From Capsulimonadaceae bacterium (lineage in GTDB: Bacteria; Armatimonadota; Armatimonadia; Armatimonadales; Capsulimonadaceae): 64,000 nt of DNA. This document shows, piece after piece, positions 26,854 to 36,072 of the stretch. A model generated the notes under the pieces. The model searched no databases and was not told the DNA's origin. It saw only the letters and a program-made list of their open reading frames with translations. The translations under genes and the position numbers were made by a program. The stretch spans positions 2,432,001-2,496,000 of the forward strand of contig OZ244065.1 in the NCBI GenBank assembly GCA_965215505.1. The letters run 5' to 3'. Every line of letters begins with the position of its first letter. The first letter of the stretch is position 1.

Positions 26854-28824
26854 ATGAAAATGTCAACCGAGACGAGACGCCGCTGTGCGGCGGGCGGGGC
26901 CTCTTGGGCGCTGCTTGCCCTTACCCTCTGGCTGTCGGCGGATGCGTCCGCGCGGGCGCAGGGGCGGCGCGCGCCCCGGCCCGCCACTCACGGCGGCCTG
27001 CTGGTACGCCAGGACTTCAACAAACCGGACGCCTGGCCCCAGCTCTCCGCCTCGTCTTCGGCGGGGGTGACGGCCCACGCCGCACGGGGGCCGGTCGGCA
27101 CGGTGGATGTGGCAAACACGGCGACACCCTCGGGGGGAGTGCTGCTGACCGCCCAGCCCACCAGAGGGGGTGCCTGGAATGCGTCACTTATCAGCGGCCT
27201 GCTGCCCGTCCACAACACGGTCGCGAGCCTCGGCAAACTCACCCTGAGCTTCAGCCTCTCCGCGTCCGCCGCCCGGCCCGTCACCGTATGCATCACGTCC
27301 TTTGATGCCGCGAGGCGACGCACGGGCGCACTGTCCGGCCTGATCTACCCCGCAGCGCCCGACTTCTTCCAGCGGTACGCCCTTGACCTTTCCGCCCTCA
27401 ATCCGTTCGGGGTCGGCAGGTTTCAGCCCACCGCCCCGTGGGTGGAGTTCACCTTCGGGATGGGTGGCGCGGGTGCGAGAGGGACCTGCCGGCTTCGCCT
27501 GGACAACGTGAACTACGCCGGCCCCGCCTACTATGTCAGCCCGCACGGCAGTGACAGTGGCGACGGGCGGAGCGAGAGGACTGCATTCGCAACGCCGCAG
27601 AGGGCGCTCGATATCGCCCAGCCCGGCGATATCGTCCTGCTCATGGGCGGGACGTACAAGGCCGGGCTGGTCCCCGTCGCCTCGTTCCCGCGCCCCGGTG
27701 CGCCCGACGCCTGGATCGTCCTGAAGAACTACCCCGGCCAGCGCCCGACGCTGACCTCGAACGGCTGGAACATCGTCAGCATCGCCAAAGGCTCCTCTTC
27801 GGCGATCTCTCACGACCCGCCGCTGGCCTATCTGGAAGTCCGGGGCCTGCATGTGCGCGGGGAAGGGGACGTGGCGAAACGGGAATATCCCGAGGCGATG
27901 AACAAGCCCGACCCGCGCACCAACTCGAACGGCATTGCCATTGATGGCCGGTACTCGGCGGCGACCTTCCACCACATCCGCATTGCCGACAACCTGGTCG
28001 AGTTCAGTCCGGGGGCCGGGATCGGCAGCATCGATGGGGACTGGATGACAGTCGAAAATAACGTCTGCCGCTCCAACTGCTGGACGACCATCTACGCGCC
28101 CTCCGGCATCTCCGTGATGGGGTCCGCCAATTTCGATGCCACGGTCAACATCTACAAGAGGCTCGTCCGGAACAACGTGTGCTGTCACAACCAGACTTAC
28201 GAGAAGTGGGCGTCATTCGGCGATTATTCCGACGGCAACGGGATCATCCTGGACGTCAACCAGGGCTCGGACGCACACCCGACCTCCAAATACACCGGAA
28301 GGACGCTGGTCCAGAGCAACCTCAGCTATGACAACGGCGGCTCCGGCATCCACACCGTCACGGCGGATCGCGTGGACATCATCAACAACACCGTGTACCT
28401 CAACAGCGCGTCCGTCCACCTGGAATATGGCGCGATATTCACCTACGGCTCGGACGACGTCCGCATCATGAACAACATCATGGTCGCCCCGGTCGCCAAC
28501 ATCGCGGCCGGCGAGAAGCCGGAACCCGTGAACCGGCTGAACGGTAAAAACACCCGTGTCATCTTCTCCCACAACCTGTATTCCGGCGGCAACATCGCGC
28601 CGACCCTGGGCGTCGGCGATGTCGTCGGCGACCCCCGATTCGTGAAGCCGAGCATTGACGACACTTTAGCCGACTTCCACCTCCGACCGGGCAGTCCGGC
28701 CATCGGCAAGGGAACCTTGGCCCCTTTCTCTCCGATCCTCGATCTGGACGGCAAGACGCGCGGGAACACGCCCTCGGAAGGCGCTTACGAAAAAACGATG
28801 GCTGACGATCACAGCCCACGATAG
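26854..28824 (+). CDS. Secreted right-handed beta-helix (DUF1565-like) protein
   Basis: YYVSPHGSDSGDG..AFATPQRA..PGDIV, SDGNGIILD and DFHLRPGSPAIG motifs. Confidence 0.8.
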   Translation: MKMSTETRRRCAAGGASWALLALTLWLSADASARAQGRRAPRPATHGGLLVRQDFNKPDAWPQLSASSSAGVTAHAARGPVGTVDVANTATPSGGVLLTAQPTRGGAWNASLISGLLPVHNTVASLGKLTLSFSLSASAARPVTVCITSFDAARRRTGALSGLIYPAAPDFFQRYALDLSALNPFGVGRFQPTAPWVEFTFGMGGAGARGTCRLRLDNVNYAGPAYYVSPHGSDSGDGRSERTAFATPQRALDIAQPGDIVLLMGGTYKAGLVPVASFPRPGAPDAWIVLKNYPGQRPTLTSNGWNIVSIAKGSSSAISHDPPLAYLEVRGLHVRGEGDVAKREYPEAMNKPDPRTNSNGIAIDGRYSAATFHHIRIADNLVEFSPGAGIGSIDGDWMTVENNVCRSNCWTTIYAPSGISVMGSANFDATVNIYKRLVRNNVCCHNQTYEKWASFGDYSDGNGIILDVNQGSDAHPTSKYTGRTLVQSNLSYDNGGSGIHTVTADRVDIINNTVYLNSASVHLEYGAIFTYGSDDVRIMNNIMVAPVANIAAGEKPEPVNRLNGKNTRVIFSHNLYSGGNIAPTLGVGDVVGDPRFVKPSIDDTLADFHLRPGSPAIGKGTLAPFSPILDLDGKTRGNTPSEGAYEKTMADDHSPR

Positions 28825-28839
28825 GACACCGACAGCACC

Positions 28840-30864
28840 ATGAACACCCCACCCACCTTCCCCCGCGTCATGCACGGCGGGGACTACAACCCGGAGCAGT
28901 GGCCCGCCGAGATCTGGGACGAGGACGTCCGGCTGATGCGGGAGGCGCACGTCAATGTCGCCACCCTGCCCGTCTTCGGCTGGGTTTCGCTCCAGCCCGA
29001 CGAAGACACGTTCACGTTTGAGTGGCTGGACACCGTCATTGACAAGTTGTGGGCGGGCGGCGTCTCGGTCTGCCTGGCGACCGCGACCGCCTCGCAGCCG
29101 GCCTGGCTGGACCAAAAGTGCCCGGACGTGCTGACGGTCGGGGCGGACGGCGTCCGGCGCAAGCACGGCAACCGGCACTCGTTCTGCCCCTCCTCGCCGA
29201 ACTTCCGAAGGCTGTCGGTGGGTCTGGCGCGAAAGCTGGCCGAGCGCTACGGCAAGCACCCGGCCCTGGCCATCTGGCACGTCGGCAACGAGTACGGCGG
29301 GACCTGCTACTGCAACCTGTGCGCCGAGGCGTTCCGCGCGTGGCTGCAAACCCGCTACGGCAGTTTGGAGGAAGTCAACGCCCACTGGTACACGACGTTC
29401 TGGGGGCACACGTACACGGACTGGTCACAGATCGAGACGCCGACCCGGAACGGCGAACGGTCCCTCCAGGCACTCTTGATAGACTATGACAGGTTCCAGT
29501 CGGACAGCCTCTTGAACTGCTTTAAGGCCGAGGCGGCGGCCCTGCGGGCGGTCACGCCGGACGTGCCGATCACGACAAATCTAATGGGATCGTTCAAGAC
29601 ATTAGACTATTACAAGTGGGCGCAGGAGATGGACATCGTCTCGTGGGACTCCTACCCCGGCAAGGACGCGCCGCCCGCCGACATGGCCTTCCAGCACGAC
29701 CTGATGCGCGGCTTGAAGGCCGGGCAGCCGTTCCTGCTGATGGAGCAGACGCCCTCGCAGCAGAACTGGCAGGCGCACAATGCCCTCAAGCGGCCCGGCG
29801 TCATGCGCCTGTGGTCCTATCAGGCGATGGCGCACGGGGCGGACTCGGTGATGTATTTCCAGTGGCGGCGCGGGCGCGGCGCGACCGAGAAGTACCACGG
29901 CGCGGTGGTCGAGCACGTCGGCACCAGTGAGCCGCGCGTCTTCCGGGAGGTTTCGGCCCTGGGCCGCGAGCTGGAGTCGCTGGGAACGAGAACGCTGAAC
30001 GGGCGCGTCCCGGCCCGCGTCGCCGTGCTGTTCGACTGGGAGAACTGGTGGGCCATCGAGTATTCCAGCGGCCCGAGCGTGGATTTGAAGTACGTCCCGC
30101 AGTGCCAGTCCTTCTACCGCGCCCTGCACGGCCTGGGCATCCCCACTGATGTCGTCTCGCCCGAAGCCGACCTGTCCGGCTATGACCTAGTCATCGCGCC
30201 CGTTTTGTACATGGTCAAGCCGGGCATCGCGGAGAAGCTGGAAGCATTCACCAACAACGGCGGCACGTTCGTCACGACCTTCTTCAGTGGCATCGCGGAC
30301 GAAACCGACCTGGTGTATTTAGGCGGCTACCCCGGCCCGCTGCGGTCGCTGCTGGGCATCTGGTCCGAGGAGATAGACGCGCTCACGCCCGCCCAGACCA
30401 ACAGCGTCGTCTTCGGGGCCCCCTTTGGCGATCTGGCCGGTCCCTATCCCTGCCGACTGCTCTGTGACCGCATCCACCCCGAGGGTGCGTCCGTGCTGGC
30501 GACCTACGGCGCGGACTTCTACGCGGGCGAACCCGCCGTGACGGTCAACGAGTTCGGCCAAGGCGAAGCCTACTATCTGGCGACCGCCCTGGACGCCGAC
30601 GCCTTAGCGGGCTTCCTGGGCAAGCTGTGCGCCGACAAGGACATCGCGCCGACGCTCCTTGGTGCCCCGACAGGGCTGGAGGTCATCCCGCGCGTCTCGC
30701 CGGGCGGCGAAACCCTGCTGTACGCCCTGAACCACAACGCCTACCCGGTCGCCGTGCCACTGCCGCCGGCCGCCCACACCGACCTGCTGACGGGCCGCGC
30801 GCTGTCCGGCGAGGCGGAGCTAGAGGGCCACGGCGTCCTGATTCTCGCCCCGGCGGCGGTATAA
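28840..30864 (+). CDS. GH42 beta-galactosidase
   Basis: GGDYNPEQW, WHVGNEYG..CYC, SWDSYP, LLMEQTP, YFQWR and EKYHG motifs. Confidence 0.95.
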   Translation: MNTPPTFPRVMHGGDYNPEQWPAEIWDEDVRLMREAHVNVATLPVFGWVSLQPDEDTFTFEWLDTVIDKLWAGGVSVCLATATASQPAWLDQKCPDVLTVGADGVRRKHGNRHSFCPSSPNFRRLSVGLARKLAERYGKHPALAIWHVGNEYGGTCYCNLCAEAFRAWLQTRYGSLEEVNAHWYTTFWGHTYTDWSQIETPTRNGERSLQALLIDYDRFQSDSLLNCFKAEAAALRAVTPDVPITTNLMGSFKTLDYYKWAQEMDIVSWDSYPGKDAPPADMAFQHDLMRGLKAGQPFLLMEQTPSQQNWQAHNALKRPGVMRLWSYQAMAHGADSVMYFQWRRGRGATEKYHGAVVEHVGTSEPRVFREVSALGRELESLGTRTLNGRVPARVAVLFDWENWWAIEYSSGPSVDLKYVPQCQSFYRALHGLGIPTDVVSPEADLSGYDLVIAPVLYMVKPGIAEKLEAFTNNGGTFVTTFFSGIADETDLVYLGGYPGPLRSLLGIWSEEIDALTPAQTNSVVFGAPFGDLAGPYPCRLLCDRIHPEGASVLATYGADFYAGEPAVTVNEFGQGEAYYLATALDADALAGFLGKLCADKDIAPTLLGAPTGLEVIPRVSPGGETLLYALNHNAYPVAVPLPPAAHTDLLTGRALSGEAELEGHGVLILAPAAV

Positions 30865-30874
30865 TGAGGACACC

Positions 30875-31204
30875 ATGACACTGACTCTCGCACCCGAAAC
30901 CGAGGCCCGCCTACAAGCCCTCGCCGTCCAGCGCAACCAGGCCCCCGAAGCCGTTGTTGACGCCGCCCTGGAGATGCTCGCGCGCAGCGAGCCGACGCAT
31001 GACGAGGCAGCGCAAGAAGCCAACGAAGAGGCCGCCTATCAGGAGGAGCAAGTCCGCCTGCGTCGGCTGCTCCTCGCCGCCACGGAGGGAGCAAAACTGG
31101 TTGAGCCGATGCCTTATGACTCACCGGCGCGGACGTATTACCGTGAGAGCGAAGTCGGCAAGATTATAATCGAGAAGTTCCGCAAGCAGGGGTTCAACGT
31201 ATAA
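30875..31204 (+). CDS. Putative antitoxin paralogue 1 (ribbon-helix-helix-like N-terminus)
   Basis: MTLTLAPETEARL..LA...Q.PE N-terminus. Paralogous to the next gene and upstream of a PIN toxin. Confidence 0.65.
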   Translation: MTLTLAPETEARLQALAVQRNQAPEAVVDAALEMLARSEPTHDEAAQEANEEAAYQEEQVRLRRLLLAATEGAKLVEPMPYDSPARTYYRESEVGKIIIEKFRKQGFNV

Positions 31205-31242
31205 AAACTCGTTCGCGCGCTGGTTGGAATGATGAGGACACC

Positions 31243-31560
31243 ATGGCACTTACTTTAACACCTGAGATCGAGACGCGCGTTCTGGCGGAAGCCGCGCGCC
31301 GTAACCAGCCTCCCGAGGCCGTAATTGAGGCTGCTCTGAAGGCGCTCTCGCGGGAAGCGCCAACGCCTGACGCTTCGAGGAAGGGGACGGCCGATGGCGA
31401 GGAGAAACGGATGCGCGATCTGCTGGCGGCTGTGCAGGAGCAAGCGCGACTGTTGCCACCGGTTCCGCCTGAGCAGACAGAGACAGGCTCCGCCCCCGAG
31501 GAACAAGCCTTCGGCAAGATCATCGCCGAGAAGTTCCGCAAGCAGGGGTTCAACGTATGA
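31243..31560 (+). CDS. Putative antitoxin paralogue 2, coupled to the PIN toxin
   Basis: MALTLTPEIETRV N-terminus. Its stop overlaps the toxin start (ATGA). Confidence 0.7.
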   Translation: MALTLTPEIETRVLAEAARRNQPPEAVIEAALKALSREAPTPDASRKGTADGEEKRMRDLLAAVQEQARLLPPVPPEQTETGSAPEEQAFGKIIAEKFRKQGFNV

Positions 31561-32015
31561 TCGCACCAGTCGGCACGCTGACCGACACCGGGCCGCTCTT
31601 CGCTCTCGTGGATGTTCAGGGGCAGCCGGAGCAGCACGTCCGCTGCCAAGCCCTGATGCCTTCGTTTGCTGTGCCTTTGGTCACGACTTGGCCTTGTTTC
31701 ACGGAAGCCTTGTATCTCTGTCGTCAGCGGGGCGGGTGGCCGCTCCAGCGACTTCTTTGGGTTCTGTGGGAGGGCGGGACTGTCCGTATCCATGCGCCGA
31801 CGGAATCGGAGACGGCACGCGCCCTGGAACTCATGGAGAAGTATCACGACATGCCGATGGACCTTGCGGACGCCTCGCTTGTCGCCCTGGCCGAAGCGCG
31901 GGGCTATGGGCGCGTCTTCAGCATTGACAGCGACTTCTACGTCTATCGGCTGGCGGACGGCTCCGCCCTGGAAGTGGTTCCGGGGCCGCTGCCGCAGCGA
32001 GGAAAGACCCAATGA
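31557..32015 (+). CDS. vapC: PIN-domain (VapC-type) toxin
   Basis: LTDTGPLFAL, TTWPCFTEA, PMDLADASLVALAE and FSIDSDF motifs. Confidence 0.9.
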   Translation: MIAPVGTLTDTGPLFALVDVQGQPEQHVRCQALMPSFAVPLVTTWPCFTEALYLCRQRGGWPLQRLLWVLWEGGTVRIHAPTESETARALELMEKYHDMPMDLADASLVALAEARGYGRVFSIDSDFYVYRLADGSALEVVPGPLPQRGKTQ

Positions 32016-32428
32016 AGCGGAAAAGGCCCAACAGGCTTGGCACAGACAGCGAACTGTTCCGATATCACTCACGCAACCTGCATTTTGTCTGCCTGACTTG
32101 CCGCAAGATGTTCAACCAACCTCCTAGCTTCCGCAGGTTTGACAGCCAAAAAAGAACCGTCCAAGCAAATTGCCCGGAATGCGGCGCAGAGATGATAAAT
32201 GCGGGTCGTAACTTCAAGCCGCCGCGCCGAAACAATATCAAGCAGTGGCGCAAGGTGGAGTTACTGCTACAGGGCGGGTACAAGTGGGACTACACCGTCG
32301 AGCCTCGTGAGATCACGGAGGGCTTGCCGGAAGGGGCAGTGCGTGGTTGGTGTACGAACCGTATCTTTAGCGACCCCCGCGCGAAAACCTTACGGGAAGC
32401 CAAGGAAGATTACCCGCCGCGTGGTTGA
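32012..32428 (+). CDS. Zinc-ribbon hypothetical protein
   Basis: CLTCRKMF...CPECG...GRNFKPP..KQWRKVE. Overlaps the toxin stop (ATGA). Confidence 0.7.
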   Translation: MKRKRPNRLGTDSELFRYHSRNLHFVCLTCRKMFNQPPSFRRFDSQKRTVQANCPECGAEMINAGRNFKPPRRNNIKQWRKVELLLQGGYKWDYTVEPREITEGLPEGAVRGWCTNRIFSDPRAKTLREAKEDYPPRG

Positions 32429-32507
32429 GACGGCAAACCCTGGTATTCCCTCGGGTAATGCCGCCGCCCGGCCCGCCCATAATAAGAACGTCTGACCCGC
32501 CAATCGC

Positions 32508-32606
32508 TGCTCGACAAAGGCAAACCTGGGGAAACGCAGGGACGCAAAGCAAAGGGCCTTCGCACACGACATCCGATGTGCATGGCTGCCTTGTTTCCGA
32601 AAGTGC
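32508..32606 (+). ncRNA. Cyclic di-GMP-I (GEMM) riboswitch aptamer
   Basis: TCGACAAAGGCAAACCTGGGGAAACGCAGGGACGCAAAGC..GGGCCT...ATGGCTGCC..CCGAA contains the GGCAAACC, GAAA tetraloop, GGGACGCAAAGC and CCGA consensus. A candidate -10 (CATAAT) lies at 32478. Confidence 0.85.
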
Positions 32607-32630
32607 GAGAGCATCAATATAACCCGCCGG

Positions 32631-32674
32631 ACGCCCGGCCCCATTCTAGAACGGGGCCGGGCGTTTGGCATTTT
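32631..32674 (+). terminator. Terminator hairpin (likely the riboswitch expression platform)
   Basis: ACGCCCGGCCCC-loop-GGGGCCGGGCGT followed by TTGGCATTTT. Confidence 0.75.
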
Positions 32675-32733
32675 GAACTAGAGGGCGGCGAGACACCTGC
32701 CAATAATCAGGGCATGAAGGTCTTGGTGAAGGC

Positions 32734-33450
32734 ATGAAGGTGATGCGGCACGCGCGGCACGCGGACAGAATCATGCGGATCGAGGGGACGCTGGCCGTGG
32801 CGGGGGTGGGCGGGGGCGTCCTGCTCTGGTCGCAAGCCGCCCACCTGTCCGGCTACGGGTTCGGGGCGGCGGCGTTCCTCAGCCTGGGCGGCATCCAATC
32901 GGGCGTCCGCGCCCTGCGCGCCTACAACCGCTATTCGCGCGGGACGGAGGGCGAAGACGCCGTGCTCCACGCCCTGCGCGGGCTGCCGGACGGCTACACC
33001 GCCGTCGCCAACTTCGTCGCGCCGGGCACGCGGCAGGGCGACCTGGACCTGATCGTTTTGGGGCCGGCGGGTGTTTTGGTCGTCGAAGTGAAATCCTACC
33101 AGGGCCGCTACGCCTGCCACGGCGACGCCTGGTTCGCCGTCCACGCGGACGGGACGCGCCAGCCGCTGCGCGGCAGCGTCTCGCGCCAGCTCAAGCGCGG
33201 GCGCAAGGCCGTCGCGCACTACCTAGTGGACTGCGACCTGTCCGTGCCGGTCCACGCGGTCGCCGTGTTCCGCGCGGGCGTCCGCCTGGAACTCGTTCAT
33301 CCCACCGTGCCGGTCGTCATGCAGGACGCGCTGCGGGAGTATGTGCTGGGGCTGCCTCCGGCCCCGCGCGCGGTGTCACTCCCGGAGATGGAGGGAGCAT
33401 TCGCGCCCGCGTCGCGGGCGGCTACCGTCTGGGCGGCGGGACGGGCATGA
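32734..33450 (+). CDS. Membrane-anchored NERD (nuclease-related domain) protein
   Basis: Two N-terminal hydrophobic segments; GTEGE..V..L, GDLDLIVLGPAGVLVVEVKSY. Confidence 0.85.
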   Translation: MKVMRHARHADRIMRIEGTLAVAGVGGGVLLWSQAAHLSGYGFGAAAFLSLGGIQSGVRALRAYNRYSRGTEGEDAVLHALRGLPDGYTAVANFVAPGTRQGDLDLIVLGPAGVLVVEVKSYQGRYACHGDAWFAVHADGTRQPLRGSVSRQLKRGRKAVAHYLVDCDLSVPVHAVAVFRAGVRLELVHPTVPVVMQDALREYVLGLPPAPRAVSLPEMEGAFAPASRAATVWAAGRA

Positions 33451-33943
33451 CCGCCGGGCCGTGCGGCGGGGCGATTTTCCCCATCAGAGGGGGCGGCACC
33501 GGGGCGGGCACCCCCGCCGTGCAGGTCAGGCCGCGCGGCGGCCCGGCGGCCGGGGGCTTGGCAACCGGGGGCTTGACGGCGTGCTTTTTCGCGTGTGTCA
33601 CCGCCTGGGCCGGACTCAGCCCGTTCAGCAGGCCCGAGGCGCACGAGAGCAGGAGGACGGCGGCATGGGACAGCTTCCGGGCCAGCGTCCGGCGCGCGGC
33701 GCGCAGCCCGACGGGGCAGTCCTGGGTCAGCAGGGTGCCGTCGGCGCGGGTGTAGAAGCGGACGCAGAGGCGGCCTTCCAGGCGGCTGACGAGCGCCTGC
33801 GCCTCGCCCTCGGTCATCGCGGACAGGTTGTAGACGTTCTTGCGGCAGGTCCCGCAGAAGCGGGCCTGGTCGTCGCCTTCCATGGCGTCCCAGTCGGCAT
33901 GACAGGGCGAAGCGACTTTGAGGGTGTGGAGCGGGATCATCAC
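33422..33943 (-). CDS. Hypothetical protein with Cys-rich N-terminal domain and TM/signal-like segment
   Basis: VASPCHADWDAMEGD..RFCGTCRKNVYNLS...LCVRFY.RADG..T.DCP. Confidence 0.75.
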   Translation of the reverse strand: MMIPLHTLKVASPCHADWDAMEGDDQARFCGTCRKNVYNLSAMTEGEAQALVSRLEGRLCVRFYTRADGTLLTQDCPVGLRAARRTLARKLSHAAVLLLSCASGLLNGLSPAQAVTHAKKHAVKPPVAKPPAAGPPRGLTCTAGVPAPVPPPLMGKIAPPHGPAVMPVPPPRR

Positions 33944-34058
33944 GGCTTCCTTTCGGCTCTCTGCTGCGCCGCGTGGATGCGGCGTTCTGTCCGGTTAGAG
34001 CCGGCAGGGGGCGCGAGGCTTCAAGGAAAATGGCCGGCATTGGAAGTGCCGGCCGCGC

Positions 34059-35489
34059 CTACCCCCCTGAAACCATGCCCCCGATCTTGCCGTCCGGCAT
34101 CAGAGTCACCGTCCAGGTCACCGGCACCTTGCCATAAAGCGCTCGGTAGCGGTACACGCGCAGTCCGGGTGGCATCGTGAGGCCGACCAGGGTCAGCGTC
34201 TCCGGCTGGAACGCGCCCGCCGTGGCGAGGTTCTGGTTGGTCTGCGCGATGACGGCGGGCGTCAAGTCGGCGCTCATGGCCGGTGTGAAACGGGGCGCGT
34301 CGGCCTTCCCGGCAGCCAGGGCGGTCAACGCCTCCCGGACGATCTGCGTCACGGCGGGATCGTCCGCGATGGCATCTTCCTTCGCCGGGGCCAGTGCGGG
34401 GACATAGAGGCTCGCCACGGACTGCCCGAGCGGCAGGAAGGAGGGTTCCTCATCGGGGCCATCCAGGGGTGACATGTTGCTGAGGAGGATGACGGTCAGG
34501 TGATCTTCGGGGAAGCGGCCGAGGAAGCCCATCGCACCGGGCAGCTCGCCGTTGTGCCAGAGGATGCGGTGCCCGTTGAGCGTCTGGTTCACCCAGCCCA
34601 TGCCGTACTCGCTGTGCGCCCCGCCCGGCAGGGCGGGCGGCGTCCACGTCTGCGCCAGGACCGGCGGGGGGAGCAGGGTGCCGGCGGCAAGGGCCGCGTC
34701 CCATTTCACGAGGTCGCCCGCCGTGGACTGCAAGCCGCCCGCACCGGAAAGGATGGAGGGGTCGTAGACGAGGGGGTTGTTGAAGACCTTGCCGCCGAGC
34801 CGGACGTAGCCGGCGGCGCGGTTCGCGGTGATCTCCATTGGGTCGTACACCCCGGTTTCAGTCATGCCCAGGGGGCCGAAGATCCGGGCGCGCAGGAAGT
34901 CGCCATAAGGGCCGCCGCTCGCCTTCTCGATGATCCCCGCCAGCAGGTTGTAGTTCATGTTGCTGTAGGCGAAGCGTGAGCCGGGCGCGAACGCGAGCGG
35001 CTTGACGGCGGCGCGCTGGGCGACCTCCGTGACCGTGTACGTTTTGAGCAGCGGGTCCTTGTCGGGGTTCGGGACCCACTCCGGGATGCCCGAGGTCTGG
35101 TTGAGGAGCTGCCGGACGGTGACGCCGCGCCAGGTCTTCGGCAGGCCGTCTATATACTTGCCGGCCGCATCGTCCAGGCCGACCTTGCCGTCCTGGGCCA
35201 GCAGCATGATTCCGGTGGCGGTGAACTGCTTGCTCATCGAGGCCAGCATGTAGACTGTGGCCGGCGTAGCGGGGACGGACGATTCGAGGTTCGCCATGCC
35301 GTAGCCCTGCTCCTTGACGACCCTGCCTCCCTGCACAACTGCGACTGTCAGGCCGGGGATGTGGCGCTTCGCCATCTCCGCCTTCAAATAGTCATCCACC
35401 CTGTCCGCGCGCGTCATCCCCGGTGCCCCGAGCAGGGCCGTCATCGCCAGCAGGCCCGCCGTCAGGGCCGTCGTTTTTCGCAGCTGCAT
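34059..35489 (-). CDS. Secreted serine hydrolase (class C beta-lactamase/PBP-like)
   Basis: SxxK (ASMSKQF), YxN (YSNMNY) and WHNG motifs, plus a signal peptide. Confidence 0.9.
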   Translation of the reverse strand: MQLRKTTALTAGLLAMTALLGAPGMTRADRVDDYLKAEMAKRHIPGLTVAVVQGGRVVKEQGYGMANLESSVPATPATVYMLASMSKQFTATGIMLLAQDGKVGLDDAAGKYIDGLPKTWRGVTVRQLLNQTSGIPEWVPNPDKDPLLKTYTVTEVAQRAAVKPLAFAPGSRFAYSNMNYNLLAGIIEKASGGPYGDFLRARIFGPLGMTETGVYDPMEITANRAAGYVRLGGKVFNNPLVYDPSILSGAGGLQSTAGDLVKWDAALAAGTLLPPPVLAQTWTPPALPGGAHSEYGMGWVNQTLNGHRILWHNGELPGAMGFLGRFPEDHLTVILLSNMSPLDGPDEEPSFLPLGQSVASLYVPALAPAKEDAIADDPAVTQIVREALTALAAGKADAPRFTPAMSADLTPAVIAQTNQNLATAGAFQPETLTLVGLTMPPGLRVYRYRALYGKVPVTWTVTLMPDGKIGGMVSGG

Positions 35490-36054
35490 CCGTCTTCCTC
35501 TTTCCTTCCGTCATGTCGCGAGAATGAATGAGAACGCCGAGTGAGACGCGCCGGGCGTCCGGCGCTTCAGAGCCTCTGGTCTGGAAATCCTCGAACAGAG
35601 CCTTGACCCGCCGCGCGAACTCGCGGCACGCCTCCGCATCCAGCGGCAGGGTCAGGTGGAAGCCCATCTGAAGCTCGCCGGCCAGCCCGCCGGACTCCTG
35701 CCAGTCGCTCCGGTACAGGTCCAGGGCGGAGGTCAGGACCATTTCGAGTGGGGGCGAGTCGCCGCCCAGTGTGGGCGGCGGGGCGAGGAACCGGCGGCCC
35801 GCCGCCCGGTACAGCTTCTCGGTGATCGGCCCCTTCTGGCGCGTGTGGTCCAGGACGATCAGCCCGGCATCGAGCAGCCGCTTGGTGTGAAAATAGAGCT
35901 TGCCGCTCTGCTCCCCCAGCGCGGCGGCGATCTCCTCATTGGTACGAGGCCCGTCCGCAAGCGTATCCAGGATACGCAGCCGGATCGGGTTTGAAAAAGC
36001 TTTCCACTGAGCGGGCGTCCGAAGCTCGAAAATGTCCGGTACGTCGTTAGCCAT
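35392..36054 (-). CDS. ArsR-like winged-helix transcriptional regulator
   Basis: KAFSNPIRLRIL..L...EIA..LG...LYFH.K.L. ATG 36054 is preferred because ATG 36072 abuts the -10 box. Confidence 0.85.
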   Translation of the reverse strand: MANDVPDIFELRTPAQWKAFSNPIRLRILDTLADGPRTNEEIAAALGEQSGKLYFHTKRLLDAGLIVLDHTRQKGPITEKLYRAAGRRFLAPPPTLGGDSPPLEMVLTSALDLYRSDWQESGGLAGELQMGFHLTLPLDAEACREFARRVKALFEDFQTRGSEAPDARRVSLGVLIHSRDMTEGKRKTDAAAKNDGPDGGPAGDDGPARGTGDDARGQGG

Positions 36055-36072
36055 AATTTTACCTGCCGCCAT

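Noticed and set aside
32431-32445. Second riboswitch aptamer at GGCAAACCCTGG
   Set aside because: It lacks the GAAA tetraloop and the GACGCAAAGC core; only a short match.
34059-35489. Antibiotic-resistance beta-lactamase
   Set aside because: The motifs show only serine-hydrolase family membership; substrate cannot be inferred.
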